A stretch of 7,228 nucleotides of DNA from the NCBI GenBank assembly GCA_037447605.1, contig JBBHKD010000071.1:1-7228 (forward strand), in the 5' to 3' direction. The stretch comes from Zygnema circumcarinatum SAG 698-1b (Eukaryota > Plantae > Zygnematophyceae). The notes beneath the pieces are model-generated. The model was not told the origin of the DNA and did no database searches. It saw nothing but the letters and a program-made list of their open reading frames with translations. Position numbers and translations under genes: made by a program. The number at the start of each line of letters is the position of its first letter. The first letter of the stretch is position 1. Shown here piece after piece: positions 7,103 to 7,228 of this stretch.

Positions 7103-7228
7103 TCGAGTCAACGTCAGTAAAACTAAAATTCTCGAGCGTAGTTTTTCGCACTCGCGGCGCGGTCCTGTTCGCACTCCGCGATCGCCGTCTTCGCACTTCT
7201 CCAAGCGGCCGTCTTACGCCTTCGCCTG

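Noticed and set aside
7024-7135. Possible mini CRISPR array
   Set aside because: Only two good repeats, a 19-bp spacer, no cas genes, and a eukaryotic context.

Overview
Eukaryotic, probably green-plant-lineage DNA (inferred from GT-AG intron signals, AAACCCTAA/TTTAGGG telomere-type motifs and long GA/CT tracts), with a 10-N scaffold gap at 342-351. There is one credible gene: an uninterrupted ORF (ATG 3077..5002, +, 641 aa) that fuses 3-4 intracellular-type 23-aa leucine-rich repeats to a class-3 lipase-like alpha/beta-hydrolase domain (FRGT, GHSLGG, FNAPG, candidate Ser/Asp/His triad). Upstream, a non-autonomous long-TIR DNA transposon (1068-2012; 59-bp perfect terminal inverted repeats; 8-bp TSD TATTTCTT) has inserted in inverted orientation into another copy of its own family (~511-2239), creating a large fold-back structure. 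Bases 72-341 exactly duplicate 710-979 next to the gap and are probably an assembly artefact. The gene is bracketed by a purine tract (2445-2705) and a pyrimidine tract (5503-5953). The right end has telo-box motifs, a GTAC-dense stretch, a 181-bp element with perfect 25-bp TIRs and a 30-bp direct repeat. The other listed ORFs look spurious.
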